DNA of 64,000 bases from Coriobacteriia bacterium (GCA_009783085.1 WRHU01000006.1:24819-88818); one strand, 5' to 3'. Positions 33,757 through 45,109 are shown, numbered from the stretch's first letter. Translations and numbers: made by a program. Notes: generated from the sequence alone by a model not told the origin.

Positions 33757-35844
33757 CTAGGCGTTGCCTCCTACTTTGGATACAATCTCTTCTGCCACAC
33801 TCTTAGGTACGGGCTCATAAGAAGAGAACTGCATGGTGTACGATGCCCTACCCTGTGTTGACGAACGCAGGTCGGTTGCATATCCAAACATCTCAGAAAG
33901 CGGTACGAGCGATTTAACAACCTTAGCTCCGCCTCTATCCTCCATGCCTTGAATCTGACCACGACGTGATGAAAGGTTACCCATAACATCACCCATGTAA
34001 TCCTCGGGAGTTTCAACTTCAACAGACATCATAGGCTCAAGCAGCACCGGGCCACTCTTGCGCAAGGCATCTTTAATAGCCATTGAACCAGCAATCTTAA
34101 AGGCTGACTCTGAGGAGTCCACCTCATGGTACGAACCATCGACCAGCTCAACTTTGATGTCCACAACGGGGAAGCCTGCCAAAACGCCGCTTGCCAGTGC
34201 CTCTTGAATACCTTTGTCAACGGGCGAGATGTATTCCTTAGGAATAACGCCACCCACGATTTTATTGTCAAACTCATAACCCTTTGCAGGTTCTTGTGGG
34301 TTCATGTTGATAACCACATGACCATACTGACCACGACCACCACTCTGGCGAACAAACTTGCCCTCCACACCGTCAACTGCTTTGCCCGCTGTTTCGCGGT
34401 AGGCAACCTGAGGCTTACCAACATTTGCTTCAACCTTAAACTCACGAAGCAAACGGTCGACGATAATCTCAAGGTGCAACTCGCCCATACCAGCAATAAC
34501 CGTCTGTCCCGTTTCTTGATTGGTAGAAACGCGGAAGGTTGGATCTTCCTCGGCAAGTTTTTGAAGAGCGGTTCCCAGCTTATCTTGCTCAGCCTTGGTC
34601 TTTGGCTCAATAGCAATATCGATAACAGGGTCGGGGAATACCATGGACTCCAAAATTACTGGAGCGTTCTCAACGCACAGCGTGTCGCCGGTTGACGTAT
34701 CTTTAAGGCCAACGGCGGCAACAATGTCGCCCGCAGAAACAGACTCAATATCCTCACGGGAGTTTGAGTGCATCTCAAGCAAGCGACCAACACGCTCTTT
34801 TTTATCTTTGGTTGCATTGAGAACATAGGAGCCGGCACTCAGCGTACCGGAATACACACGAAAGTAGGTCAAACGACCAACGTGTGGGTCAGTCATAATC
34901 TTAAAAGCAAGCGCAGCAAAGGGTTCTTTTTCGTCTGCTTTGCGCTCAACTTCTTTTTCGGTCTTAACATCTATACCTTGGATAGCGGGAATATCAAGTG
35001 GTGAGGGGAGATAATTTACAACGGTATCGAGCAGCTGCTGAATACCTTTGTTCTTAAATGAAGCACCACAAACAACCGGTGTAATCTCGCAAGCGATGCA
35101 ACCTTTGCGCAAAGCTGCGATAACTTCTTCTTCGGTATACGCTTCGCCCTCTAAAACTTTCATCATCAGTTCATCGTCAAACTCAGTGGCAACTTCTACC
35201 AACTCATCGTGGTACTGCTTTGCCTTGTCGGCGTAATCGGCAGGAACCTCAGCGTCGGTGGGATAAATCATGCCCTTGTCGTCCTCATTAAAAAGCTGAG
35301 CTTTCATAGAGATGAGGTCGATGAGTCCGTCAAACTGTGCCTCGGCACCAATGGGAAGCTGGAGCACTACCGTGCGTGTTTCGAGGCGGTCTTGCATCTG
35401 CTCAATAACAGAGTAGAAATCCGCGCCCGTGCGATCCATCTTGTTGATGAACGCCATGCGAGGAACATTGTAGCGATGCGCCTGACGCCAAACAGTTTCT
35501 GACTGAGGCTGCACGCCACCAACCGCACAAAATACGGCGACCGTTCCATCAAGCACACGCAAAGAACGCTCAACCTCTGCGGTAAAGTCAACGTGGCCCG
35601 GCGTGTCGATAATCTGGATACGGTGATCGTTCCAGTAACAGGTAGTAGCAGCACTCGTAATAGTAATGCCACGCTCTTGCTCTTGCGCCATCCAGTCCAT
35701 CGTGGCTGCGCCCTCATGTACCTCACCAATCTTGTAGTTCTTACCGGTGTAGTACAAAATGCGCTCGGTGGTCGTGGTTTTACCGGCGTCGATGTGAGCC
35801 ATGATGCCGATGTTGCGCGTATCTTTTAGCGGTGTCTTAGCCAT
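33757..35844 (-). CDS. fusA: Elongation factor G
   Basis: [34 protein letters not shown]. Confidence 0.98.
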   Translation of the reverse strand: MAKTPLKDTRNIGIMAHIDAGKTTTTERILYYTGKNYKIGEVHEGAATMDWMAQEQERGITITSAATTCYWNDHRIQIIDTPGHVDFTAEVERSLRVLDGTVAVFCAVGGVQPQSETVWRQAHRYNVPRMAFINKMDRTGADFYSVIEQMQDRLETRTVVLQLPIGAEAQFDGLIDLISMKAQLFNEDDKGMIYPTDAEVPADYADKAKQYHDELVEVATEFDDELMMKVLEGEAYTEEEVIAALRKGCIACEITPVVCGASFKNKGIQQLLDTVVNYLPSPLDIPAIQGIDVKTEKEVERKADEKEPFAALAFKIMTDPHVGRLTYFRVYSGTLSAGSYVLNATKDKKERVGRLLEMHSNSREDIESVSAGDIVAAVGLKDTSTGDTLCVENAPVILESMVFPDPVIDIAIEPKTKAEQDKLGTALQKLAEEDPTFRVSTNQETGQTVIAGMGELHLEIIVDRLLREFKVEANVGKPQVAYRETAGKAVDGVEGKFVRQSGGRGQYGHVVINMNPQEPAKGYEFDNKIVGGVIPKEYISPVDKGIQEALASGVLAGFPVVDIKVELVDGSYHEVDSSESAFKIAGSMAIKDALRKSGPVLLEPMMSVEVETPEDYMGDVMGNLSSRRGQIQGMEDRGGAKVVKSLVPLSEMFGYATDLRSSTQGRASYTMQFSSYEPVPKSVAEEIVSKVGGNA

Positions 35845-35869
35845 TGTTGTGTTCTCAGTCCTCTTTGCT

Positions 35870-36340
35870 CTACCAACGATAATGCGAGAAAGCTCGGTTA
35901 GCTTCCGCCATCTTGAAAATATCCTCACGTTTCTTTACTGAGGAACCCGTGCCGTTAGCGGCATCGAGAATCTCAGAGGCCAAACGCTCAGCCATTGTTT
36001 TTTCTTTGCGGCTCCGTGAATAGTCAACCATCCAGCGGATAGCAAGCGTTGTTGCACGACGAGAGTTAACCTCCATCGGAACCTGATAGGTTGCGCCACC
36101 AACACGCTTAGGTTTGACCTCAAGGGTTGGACGCACATTGTCCATTGCCTTCTTGAAAACAGAAAGCGGGTCTTGTCCGCTTTTCTCCTCAACAATGTCA
36201 AAGGAGCCATAGACAATGGCTTCTGCGATGGACTTCTTACCATCAAGCAAGACCTTGTTGATGAGCTGGGTCACCAAACGGTTGTTGTACACAGCGTCCG
36301 GGCTTATCTCCCGACGAACTGCTGCTGCTCTACGAGGCAT
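35870..36340 (-). CDS. rpsG: 30S ribosomal protein S7
   Basis: [17 protein letters not shown]. Confidence 0.97.
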   Translation of the reverse strand: MPRRAAAVRREISPDAVYNNRLVTQLINKVLLDGKKSIAEAIVYGSFDIVEEKSGQDPLSVFKKAMDNVRPTLEVKPKRVGGATYQVPMEVNSRRATTLAIRWMVDYSRSRKEKTMAERLASEILDAANGTGSSVKKREDIFKMAEANRAFSHYRW

Positions 36341-36460
36341 ATCGTTTCCTTCCTTGTGCAGCCCTTTATGCCGAGGGGCTGCCGCTTTACATCACGTTTG
36401 TTTCTACTACCAAACAGGAAAAAAGACGCAAGCAATGCGCGCCTTTCTTTTTATAGTGTG

Positions 36461-36832
36461 TTACTTAGGCTTCTTAGCGCCATAGCGGCTGCGGGCTTGC
36501 TTGCGGTCGCTCACGGCAGCGCAATCCAGTGCTGCACGGATAACCTTGTAGCGCACACCCGGCAGGTCTTTTACACGACCGCCACGAATGAGAATCATCG
36601 AGTGCTCTTGCAGGTTGTGACCAATACCAGGAATGTAGGCGGTCACCTCCATGCCGTTTACCAAACGCACACGACAAACCTTACGCAAGGCAGAGTTTGG
36701 TTTTTTTGGCGTAACCGTATACACGCGAGTACACACTCCACGCTTCTGCGGGTTGCCCTTGAGTGCCGGCGTCTTTTTCTTGGCGACGGTCTTTTCGCGG
36801 CCCTTGCGGACCAGTTGGTTAATAGTAGGCAC
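36461..36832 (-). CDS. rpsL: 30S ribosomal protein S12
   Basis: (M)[28 protein letters not shown]; GTG start. Confidence 0.97.
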   Translation of the reverse strand: MPTINQLVRKGREKTVAKKKTPALKGNPQKRGVCTRVYTVTPKKPNSALRKVCRVRLVNGMEVTAYIPGIGHNLQEHSMILIRGGRVKDLPGVRYKVIRAALDCAAVSDRKQARSRYGAKKPK

Positions 36833-36940
36833 TGTATAAGTTCCTTTCGTCAGTTTGCCTAGTACTATAGAGTTGGTGTGTATTGAGAAAACAGTTCTAC
36901 GCACACAAAAACTCAGCGACCAAAAAAGTCGCGAAGTGGA

Positions 36941-36969
36941 ATAATATCAGTGTCTTTGGGGCTTGTCAA
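36941..36969 (-). promoter_or_regulatory. str operon promoter
   Basis: TTGACA-17bp-TATTAT. Confidence 0.75.
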
Positions 36970-37051
36970 ACCCCAGTATACTAAAAGCAACGCCCCCGGG
37001 CGTATCCATAGTTTAGGAAACACACCGAGGGCATTGCAATATCTGAAACTT

Positions 37052-38686
37052 CTACTTAATTTTCTTGCTCGTCTTAGTCTTGCTCCACGCACTGTAATAC
37101 TTGACGCTACCAACCGTTTTGTAGCTACGAACCTGTACTTGGTACTTGCTGTTTGTCTTTAGTTTTTTGATAGTCGCAGAGCCCTTGGAAGCAGCAAAGG
37201 TCTTGGTTTTCCATTTGGTAGTACCTGCTATTCTATAGCGCACCTGATACTTGGTAACCTTTTGTGCTTTTGAAACCTTAGCCCACGTTACTTTCATCTG
37301 CTTAGAGCCTGCAGTTATGCTTTTTATCGAGTTCTTTTTGGGAACTATCTTAAAGGTGCCAAGGCTAAGGTTTTTTGTACTGTTGTATTGTGAGCCCGCA
37401 GCAACATCAACCGTTACTGCATACGAACCAATAGCTTTAGGAGCAGTTTTTGATTTGGTGTACTTGGTACCACTTACACCCGTGTAATAGATTGCCATTA
37501 CACTCCCCGCCCCTGCCTTGGGCGTTACCGCAACACTGATGCCCTTGCCCGTATAAGGCTTGCTGGCAAGGTTGTAGGTGTATTGAGCTTTGGTGGGAGC
37601 AACAAGCGCTGCGCTCACCGTTACCACACAGCGTGCCGTTTTGAGCCCATCAACCGTAGTAGCTGTAATGGTTGCTGTGCCCGCCGCCCGAGCAGTGACC
37701 TTTCCTGTTGCATCTACCGAGGCAACCGCAGCGTTACTGCTTGACCACGTTACCGCCTTATTGTCTGCATCTGCTGGGCTTATTGTTGGGACAAGAGTTT
37801 CTGCCTTACCCACCTGCAAGCTTGTTGCAGCCTTAAGGCTTATGCCCGTGACGTTGACATAGCCTGCTTGGACGGTAAACACGCCCATGAGATCTCTGCG
37901 TGCCCAGTTTTTGTAGCAATCTTCTGCATCTACTTGTGCATTACAGGAACCATTGAAAGCAATGTCTGAAATGGTGCAGGTTCCCATATAGACATCAGTG
38001 TCACCTTTCCGATAAAGATCGGCGTAAGCCACAGGGTTATTGTTTGTCGTGCTATATATGTTGACCCTGACTAATGAGATTTCTGATTCGTCTGTAACTT
38101 CTACGCTTACCGTTATTTCTTGTCCAGGTGACACAATTATTCCTTGTTCTGGCACCGCAATCTGAGAGTTAATTATTAAATCACCAATTACTGGCGGGTC
38201 GAGGTCTGTCAGCATGCTACCTGAGATGGTAAACACGCCCATGAGATCTCTGCGTGCCCAGTTTTTGTAGCAATCTTCTGCATCTACTTGTGCATTACAG
38301 GAACCATTGAAAGCAATGTCTGAAATGGTGCAGGTTCCCATATAGACATCAGTGTCACCTTTCCGATAAAGATCGGCGTAAGCCACAGGGTTATTGTTTG
38401 TCGTGCTATATATGTTGACCCTGACTAATGAGATTTCTGATTCGTCTGTAACTTCTACGCTTACCGTTATTTCTTGTCCAGGTGACACAATTATTCCTTG
38501 TTCTGGCACCGCAATCTGAGAGTTAATTATTAAATCACCAATTACTGGCGGGTCGAAATCTTGTCCGTCCGCATAGGCATTGCTATGGGAGGGAGGGACA
38601 AGCATGAAGCACAATGCTGCCGTTAGAAACAGAGCAAGAAACCGTTGAGCTTTTTTAAGTTGGGGTTTTGAGGTTTGCGTTTTCAT
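37052..38686 (-). CDS. Secreted or surface protein: signal peptide, duplicated ~118-aa acidic domain, Big_2 Ig-like domain, Lys-rich FN3-like C-terminus
   Basis: Signal peptide ending AYA; VTWSSSNAAVASVDATGKVTA (Big_2); KVTW..YQVRY..Y.VQVRSY..YSAWS (FN3); GAAAGGA RBS. Confidence 0.8.
   Translation of the reverse strand: MKTQTSKPQLKKAQRFLALFLTAALCFMLVPPSHSNAYADGQDFDPPVIGDLIINSQIAVPEQGIIVSPGQEITVSVEVTDESEISLVRVNIYSTTNNNPVAYADLYRKGDTDVYMGTCTISDIAFNGSCNAQVDAEDCYKNWARRDLMGVFTISGSMLTDLDPPVIGDLIINSQIAVPEQGIIVSPGQEITVSVEVTDESEISLVRVNIYSTTNNNPVAYADLYRKGDTDVYMGTCTISDIAFNGSCNAQVDAEDCYKNWARRDLMGVFTVQAGYVNVTGISLKAATSLQVGKAETLVPTISPADADNKAVTWSSSNAAVASVDATGKVTARAAGTATITATTVDGLKTARCVVTVSAALVAPTKAQYTYNLASKPYTGKGISVAVTPKAGAGSVMAIYYTGVSGTKYTKSKTAPKAIGSYAVTVDVAAGSQYNSTKNLSLGTFKIVPKKNSIKSITAGSKQMKVTWAKVSKAQKVTKYQVRYRIAGTTKWKTKTFAASKGSATIKKLKTNSKYQVQVRSYKTVGSVKYYSAWSKTKTSKKIK
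37874..38556. repeat. Exact 329-bp direct repeat (37874-38202 and 38228-38556), period 354 bp
   Basis: Identical nucleotide and protein blocks. Confidence 0.95.
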
Positions 38687-38818
38687 GGGACTTCCGTCCT
38701 TTCAAAGAGGGCTGCCGGAAAATAGAGTAAGCGTCAGAAAATAGTAATAATCAGGCAGGCTTATCCAAGTTAGACGTCTTGCACCACCCCACGTCTTTAC
38801 CTGCGTTGCTATCTCTGC

Positions 38819-38847
38819 AGTATACGCCCCTAAAATGCAATGTGCAA
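38819..38847 (-). promoter_or_regulatory. Promoter for the secreted protein gene
   Basis: TTGCAC-17bp-TATACT. Confidence 0.65.
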
Positions 38848-39282
38848 GCCCCTACAGCAAAAAAGATAACTATTTTTATAGGCAAAACAAAGATCGTAGG
38901 TCGCCTTCTTACGACATGCTGGGCTTATAGGACAAAAAGGAAGCGCCTGCGGTAGGCACACTGTGCCGTGCAAGCGCTTCAACTTTTATCATGTTATCAA
39001 GGTTTTGGCAATCTAGCAACTTGCACTACTCTCTCGCACTGGGCAACACGGATTGTGCAGCCAAAGGAGTGCTCCTTCTTGTTTTGCTAAGCCGCAAACA
39101 CGCAAAAACCAGCTGAACATAAACGTTGGCTGGTTCTTGCTGAGCAATCGCTCATGGGTAACTACTTTTTAATCATTTAGTATGGTGCCACATTTTGGGC
39201 TTATAGGACAAAACGTGTTTGGCAGAACCTTTGGACGGAAACTGATAGGTCGCACTCCCACAACAACGTAAAGGGTGTCTGC

Positions 39283-39639
39283 GCCGCATGAGTGCTACCT
39301 ACAAGATGACGGTTGGTGCGGCGTTTAGATATATAGGGGGGGGATAATTACTCTGGCAGGCAGGGGTGGTTCTGTGGCCCCTTTGTGAAACAAGTGGGGG
39401 CGCAGGGCCACCCCTGCCTGCTTATGAGCCTACACGCTTTCTGGACAACAGCTACCACTAACCTACCACTCCCCCTCTAGGCCCCGCATCAAGTGCGGGG
39501 CGACATACCGTCAAGCCCGGTGTGACAACCAAAGATTGCGGGTCGAGCCCGCAATGACGAACAGTCAAGCTCGCAATGACAAAGTGAGAGATGGTGCAGC
39601 CGCATGGGTGCTACCTACAAGATGACGGTTGGTGCGGCG
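39283..39639. repeat. REP/REPIN-like palindrome cluster bounded by 41-bp direct repeats
   Basis: gccgcatg(a/g)gtgctacctacaagatgacggttggtgcggcg at 39283 and 39599; internal hairpins gccccgca-tcaag-tgcggggc and attgcggg-tcgag-cccgcaat-gac. Confidence 0.7.
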
Positions 39640-39682
39640 GTGCGGCAGACGTGACGCAAGCGCAGGCGGCGGTCAGGCGAGG

Positions 39683-42600
39683 TTACTTTAGGGCGCTTGC
39701 TCCCAGCAAATCAACAAGACGATGGCGCAGCTCTGCGGCCTCGGAATCTACCGTATGGGGCAAATCAGCTCGCAACTTTTTGCCGCCGTTTTGCTGCAGC
39801 GTCAATATTGCAGGGTCAGGACCCGGATAGCGTTGCAAAAGGCTCATGAGCTCGTCGCTCACCTGTTTGTTGAGGGCATTGGCAGACACAAAAAGTTCAA
39901 GTGGCTGGTGGCGTGGCCTCTCGGGGTCGATGTCAAGTGCCGCAATCTCGCTCACCAAAACTTGCACGCCACGATCGCTGCGCTCATACCGGCACGTTAC
40001 CTTAACAATGGCATCATCAACAATCAACTTGGCATAACGTGCAAACGGCTTGGGGAACACAATGGCTTCGATGGAGCCTTCTATGTCTTCAAGCATAAAT
40101 TTTGCCATGCTATCGCCTTTTTTAGAAACCATGGGAGTTACGCCGCTAATCATACCTGCCAAAACTATGGAATCTTTTTGTGGTACTTCTCGTATTGTTT
40201 CTGCCGCAGCACCCTCGCCCTCTCCAAGACCATCGACATCATCATCATCAGATGAGGGCAGCAGCTCGCCAATAGAAAAGCTTCGCTCTTTGGCAAGAGC
40301 ATCTGCAAAGGGACTCATAGGGTGGTCAGAAACGTACATTTTTAGGATTTCTTTTTCGAAGCCGAGCCTGGTGCGTCGATCCCACTCAACACCATCGGCG
40401 GGAGGTATCTGCTCCTCAAAACCAGAATCAACGCCAGCATCGGCAAACATCTCAAAGAGTGACACCTGTCCGTCTGCCTTGTCACGCCAGCGCTTGGCGG
40501 CAGTTTCCATGAGGTTGTCTTGTTCAACAAAGCGCATCATTTGGCGGCGTGTGTAGCCTGTGGAATCAAAAGCACCTGCCTTGACGAGGGCATCAACCGC
40601 CCTTTTGTTGCAGGAGGTATTGGGCACCCGAAACACAAAGTCGTGCAGCGAGGTAAACGTGCCGCCTTTCTCACGCTCGGCAATAATGACATCGGCGGCG
40701 GCCTCACCAACACCTCTGATGCCTGCCAAACCAAAACGTATGCTGTCTTTGAGCGGCGTAAACTCTCGACCCGATGAGTTAACATCGGGAGGCAAAACGT
40801 CAATGGCCCACTGCTTGCACGAGGCAATGTAGTGGGTGAGCTTATCGGCCTTGCCAACAAAACTCGAAAGCACTGCTGCCATAAACTCAATGCGATAGTG
40901 CGCCTTAATCCACGCCGTTTGCATAACAAGAATGGCGTAGGCAGCGGAGTGCGATTTGTTAAATGCGTACTCGGCAAACTTTTCTACATCGTCCCAGATA
41001 GTTTGAGCAACCCTGCGGCTGTAGCCGTTGCGCTCGGCACCATTAAGCCAGTGGTCTTGCATGGTTTCGGTGGCACCGTCGGCCCAGGTGCGCACGTCCT
41101 CTTTCATAAGTTTGATTTTTTTCTTGGCAACGGCGCTGCGTACCACATCGGACTCGCCTGCGGTAAAACCACTCATCTCCATGGAAATGCGCATGACCTG
41201 CTCTTGGTAAACAACCGTTCCAAAGGTTTCCTCAAGAATATTTGAGAGGCGATTGTCGTAGTAGACCACACGTCGCTTGCCCGTTTTGCGCTCCACGTAA
41301 TCAGTACTCATGCCAGAGTTAAGCGGGCCGGGCCTAAACAAAGCAATAGCCGCCACCACATCGGAGTAGCGGTTGACATTCATGGAGCGGATAAGCTGCG
41401 TCATGCCGGGGGACTCCACCTGAAACACACCGGCAGTTTCTCCCCGTTGCAAAAGCTCAAACACCTTAGGGTCATCAAGCGGAATGGCATCAACGTCGAT
41501 ATCAACGCCGTGATTTTGCTTAACGTATTCTTTTGCCTTCATGAGTACGTTGAGCGTGCGCAAGCCAAGAAAGTCCATTTTTAGGAGCCCCAGATTGGCG
41601 TTGCGTTTGTGGTCGTACTGGGTGATGTTAAAACCACCTTTGGTGTCGAGCTTGACCGGCACGTGTTCCTCAACGGGGTCACGGCAAATGATTACCGCCG
41701 AGGCATGCACGCCCTCTCCGCGAACAATGCCCTCAAGGGCAAGTGCGGCGTCGATTATTTTTTTGGTATCAGGGTTTTCTTTATACTCGGTGATAAGGTC
41801 GATGTTCGCCTGCTTTTTGTTGAGCGTCTCATCTTCGTGAATGCCAAGCACTGCCTTGAGCTCGGTATCTGGCCCAAAGGGTATTTTCTTGGAGATGTTT
41901 TGCCCCACGTACAAAGGATAATCAAACACGCGAGCCGCATCAACAATCGCCTGCTTTGCCTTCATTGAACCATAGGTGATAACGTGCGCAACTTTTTCTG
42001 GACCGTACAGCTCACGCAAATGCTCAATAACCTTGAAGCGACCGTCTTCGTCAAAATCAACGTCAATATCGGGCATCTCTGGACGCTCAAGTGAGAGAAA
42101 ACGCTCAAAAAGCAAACCGTTTTCGAGGGGGTCAAGTGTGGTGATGTCAAGCGCATAGCTTACAATCGAACCTGCCGCCGAACCACGGCCCGGCCCAACG
42201 CCCACACCATTTTCTTTTGCCCAGCGCACAAACTCCTGCACCACCAAAAAGTAGGCAGGAAATCCCTGCTGGCAAATAATGCCATACTCGTACTCAAGGC
42301 GCTCAAGGGCTTGGGCAGGAATAGGGTCGCCATACTTTTTGCTCAGACCTGCCAAGGCTTCTTTGTAAAGCATGCTCTCGTTGGTTTCGCCGTCTGGCAG
42401 CGGAACAACGGGCAAAATATAGTCGGTGGGCAACTCGACGTTGCACTTCTCGGCAATTTCTAGGGTGTTATCGCAAGCATCTTGGAAGTCTTTGAGAGCC
42501 GTGCGCATTTCTTCTTCTGACTTCATGTAGAACTGGTCGTTTCTAAAACGCATACGCTCAGCATCGTCAAAACGTGAGTTGGTGCCAATGCAAAGCATTA

Positions 42601-43327
42601 TGTCTTGCGTGTATGCGTCCTCACGGCGCAAATAATGCATATCATTGGTGGCGACCGTCTTAAGCCCCAGCTCTTTGGCAAGCGTGTTAAGGCGATGATT
42701 GAGTTCGTTTTGCGTAATGGTTTCATTGCTGAGTACGTTGGCATCGTGCGTGTCTTGCAGGTCAATGGACTTTTTGCGCTCACGCGGGTCGATGATAATG
42801 CCTTGGTCTTGCACCTCGAGATAAAAATCGCCCGGCTCAAAAAGGCCCGAAAGCTCCAGCGCCCATGAACGAGCAGCATCGGTGTCGCCAGAGATAAAAG
42901 ATTGCGCAACAATGCCCGCCATACAAGCAGACGTGCCGATAAGCCCCTCTGCGTGCTCCTTGAGCATGTCGATGGTAACACGGGGCTTGTAATAAAAGGC
43001 CTCGGTGGCAGATTTCGAGCATATCTTGATAAGGTTATGGTAGCCCGTCAGGTTTTTTGCGAGCAAAATAAGGTGATACAACTCTGGCTTGCGGTCGCGC
43101 CTGAGCTCTCGGTCGGGCGTAAAATACACCTCGCAACCAACGATAGGCTTAACGCCCTCTTTCTCGCACGCTTCAACAAACGTAGGAACGCCATACATAT
43201 AGCCGTGGTCGGTGATGGCGACGGCAGGCATGCCAAAGGCTTTGGCTTGTTTTGCCATGTCGGCGACTTTGGTTGCTCCGTCAAGGAGTGAGTATTCGGT
43301 GTGATTGTGTAGATGGACGAATCCCAT
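39683..43327 (-). CDS. dnaE: DNA polymerase III alpha subunit
   Basis: MGFVHLHNHTEYSLLDG, GPGRGSAAGS, PDIDVDF, KMDFLGL, YAFNKSH; the true start at 43327 lies inside the longer track ORF. Confidence 0.97.
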   Translation of the reverse strand: MGFVHLHNHTEYSLLDGATKVADMAKQAKAFGMPAVAITDHGYMYGVPTFVEACEKEGVKPIVGCEVYFTPDRELRRDRKPELYHLILLAKNLTGYHNLIKICSKSATEAFYYKPRVTIDMLKEHAEGLIGTSACMAGIVAQSFISGDTDAARSWALELSGLFEPGDFYLEVQDQGIIIDPRERKKSIDLQDTHDANVLSNETITQNELNHRLNTLAKELGLKTVATNDMHYLRREDAYTQDIMLCIGTNSRFDDAERMRFRNDQFYMKSEEEMRTALKDFQDACDNTLEIAEKCNVELPTDYILPVVPLPDGETNESMLYKEALAGLSKKYGDPIPAQALERLEYEYGIICQQGFPAYFLVVQEFVRWAKENGVGVGPGRGSAAGSIVSYALDITTLDPLENGLLFERFLSLERPEMPDIDVDFDEDGRFKVIEHLRELYGPEKVAHVITYGSMKAKQAIVDAARVFDYPLYVGQNISKKIPFGPDTELKAVLGIHEDETLNKKQANIDLITEYKENPDTKKIIDAALALEGIVRGEGVHASAVIICRDPVEEHVPVKLDTKGGFNITQYDHKRNANLGLLKMDFLGLRTLNVLMKAKEYVKQNHGVDIDVDAIPLDDPKVFELLQRGETAGVFQVESPGMTQLIRSMNVNRYSDVVAAIALFRPGPLNSGMSTDYVERKTGKRRVVYYDNRLSNILEETFGTVVYQEQVMRISMEMSGFTAGESDVVRSAVAKKKIKLMKEDVRTWADGATETMQDHWLNGAERNGYSRRVAQTIWDDVEKFAEYAFNKSHSAAYAILVMQTAWIKAHYRIEFMAAVLSSFVGKADKLTHYIASCKQWAIDVLPPDVNSSGREFTPLKDSIRFGLAGIRGVGEAAADVIIAEREKGGTFTSLHDFVFRVPNTSCNKRAVDALVKAGAFDSTGYTRRQMMRFVEQDNLMETAAKRWRDKADGQVSLFEMFADAGVDSGFEEQIPPADGVEWDRRTRLGFEKEILKMYVSDHPMSPFADALAKERSFSIGELLPSSDDDDVDGLGEGEGAAAETIREVPQKDSIVLAGMISGVTPMVSKKGDSMAKFMLEDIEGSIEAIVFPKPFARYAKLIVDDAIVKVTCRYERSDRGVQVLVSEIAALDIDPERPRHQPLELFVSANALNKQVSDELMSLLQRYPGPDPAILTLQQNGGKKLRADLPHTVDSEAAELRHRLVDLLGASALK

Positions 43328-43337
43328 GTGTCTTATG

Positions 43338-43679
43338 CTACCCCTCGTTATGTTGATTGTCTTGATTTGTTTGGGCGGTATGGTTGGTTGATTTCTCTCT
43401 ATCAAGCACTCGACGGTAGCCCCCTGCTCCGTGATTGAGCGCTTTTGAAACCCGTGCAATAGTAGTTGCAGAAGCACCCGTTTGCTCAGAAATATAGGTG
43501 TACGAATGTTCCTCTGCCAAAAGCTGCGCCACAAAAAGTCGCTGCGCCATCTCGTCAATTTCTCGAATGGTACAGATGTCCTCAAGCAACGCAGCAACCG
43601 CCTGCTCATTGGCAAGCGAGGCAAGCGCACGATACAGACGCTTAAGATCTTGGGGTGTCGCAGGTTTCGTGGAAGTCAT
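43338..43679 (-). CDS. YerC/YecD TrpR-related protein
   Basis: LEDICTIREI..MAQR, TGASATTIARVSKAL..G.GGY. Confidence 0.88.
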   Translation of the reverse strand: MTSTKPATPQDLKRLYRALASLANEQAVAALLEDICTIREIDEMAQRLFVAQLLAEEHSYTYISEQTGASATTIARVSKALNHGAGGYRRVLDREKSTNHTAQTNQDNQHNEG

Positions 43680-43794
43680 AGGTTTATTGTAGCAACAATT
43701 CTGGTGCTAAGTGTTGTGGCGAGGCAACAATTTTGTGGTTGGCTTCGTGCGAAAAGCTGTGTTGCTCTCCTTCCCTCTTTTCAAGTTTGCTTTG

Positions 43795-45066
43795 CTAGGG
43801 CAGTCTTTTTTTTATAACTTGACCTATTTTTTCTGGTACCCCAACCACAAGGGCATTTCCCATACAAAAAGCCCTATTAATTGTGGTCATACCTGTATCA
43901 GTCCAACCAAGAGGAAATCCTTGTAGTTTTTCCAGCTCTTCTGGCACAAGCCTACGATATCTACCGCTGGCGGTCATAACAATATGTTTGGAACGAGAGG
44001 GGCTCTTGCCACCTTCTCCAGTAAGAATAGTTCGTGCAGGCTGGCTGAGGGCATCTGGAAAAGCCATGCCGCCTTCAGAATATATATATTCGTATCCAGT
44101 ACGCTTGTTCTTTCTTGGCTCCTTTTTTGAACCTTTTAGATACTGCCACCGCTCTAACATTCCATTGTTGATAAAGAAGTCGTCCGGTATGTCTTCTTCC
44201 CTAATCAAAATATCACCCAGCGTCATCTTGGTGCCTGAGTACTCTGGCTCCGTCCTTTTTGTGGCCACCTTGAAGGACTGCATAACACCAGCATCTAAAA
44301 ATGTGGAAGTTTTGTCCCCCTTGCCGAAAGATTTAGTTATTTTATATGGGTTGGGATTGACAGCAAATTCAACAATGCCCTCTTCGTGTTGTCTAATAGG
44401 AAACGATTCAGCCATTACCCCAGAAACCATTAAGCGGTTGTGCAAATCCCAATCACTGCAGCTCTTTTCAGCATAAATATATACTCGACGCCTCTTCTGA
44501 GGAAACCCATATTCAGCTGCATTGATAACTCGCCATTCAACTGAATAATCGAGGCCAGCCAAACAAGACAACATAATCGCAAAATCTCTGCCCCTCTGGG
44601 ACGCTGGCGATTTTAGCATCCTGTCAACATTTTCGAGCAGAACATATTTTGGTTGTTTTAGCTTGAGTAATCGGTATATCTCCCACCATAAGACACCCTT
44701 CTTTCCCTCAATTCCATTGGCCAAGGCAAGCGGCTTAGCCACAGAATAATCTTGACACGGGAATCCTCCCACCAGCAAGTCGTGGTCAGGTATTTCAAGC
44801 TCTTCTTTTTCAGCCAAATCTAAAACAACCGAAACATCCTCATTTATGTGCCTTTCTGGATGTTTCCCAAGCGAATCAAACCTCTTGGTATAACAATCAA
44901 ATGCAAATTGACGAGATTTTGTTCCTGGCGGTTCCCACTGATTGGCCCAGACAACCTCAAATCCTTTCTTGCCATAGTTAGAATCTTTCGGATTTCCTTC
45001 AAGGGCAAGCCGAAAACCGCCGACACCAGCGAATAGCTCAACAACCTGTAAAGTCGAATTAGTCAT
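43795..45066 (-). CDS. dcm: DNA (cytosine-5) methyltransferase, M.Sau3AI-like
   Basis: ELFAGVGG, WANQWEP, GGFPCQDYS, ENV, PQKRRR, MGNALV. Confidence 0.93.
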   Translation of the reverse strand: MTNSTLQVVELFAGVGGFRLALEGNPKDSNYGKKGFEVVWANQWEPPGTKSRQFAFDCYTKRFDSLGKHPERHINEDVSVVLDLAEKEELEIPDHDLLVGGFPCQDYSVAKPLALANGIEGKKGVLWWEIYRLLKLKQPKYVLLENVDRMLKSPASQRGRDFAIMLSCLAGLDYSVEWRVINAAEYGFPQKRRRVYIYAEKSCSDWDLHNRLMVSGVMAESFPIRQHEEGIVEFAVNPNPYKITKSFGKGDKTSTFLDAGVMQSFKVATKRTEPEYSGTKMTLGDILIREEDIPDDFFINNGMLERWQYLKGSKKEPRKNKRTGYEYIYSEGGMAFPDALSQPARTILTGEGGKSPSRSKHIVMTASGRYRRLVPEELEKLQGFPLGWTDTGMTTINRAFCMGNALVVGVPEKIGQVIKKRLP

Positions 45067-45109
45067 ACACTCACTTACTCATTAGGGACAGGGGACAACT
45101 GTTAACCAT

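Noticed and set aside
38690-39680. CRISPR array or riboswitch in the long intergenic region
   Set aside because: Repeats occur only in pairs with long spacing; no cas genes; no recognisable riboswitch consensus
43328-43630. ~100-codon N-terminal extension of dnaE in the ORF track
   Set aside because: It overlaps the yerC-like gene in another frame; the canonical DnaE start (MGFVHLH) with an RBS is at 43327
43728-43740. 13-bp CAATTTTGTGGTT shared with the tRNA-Cys insert (55239-55251)
   Set aside because: Short and AT-rich; plausible by chance in 64 kb
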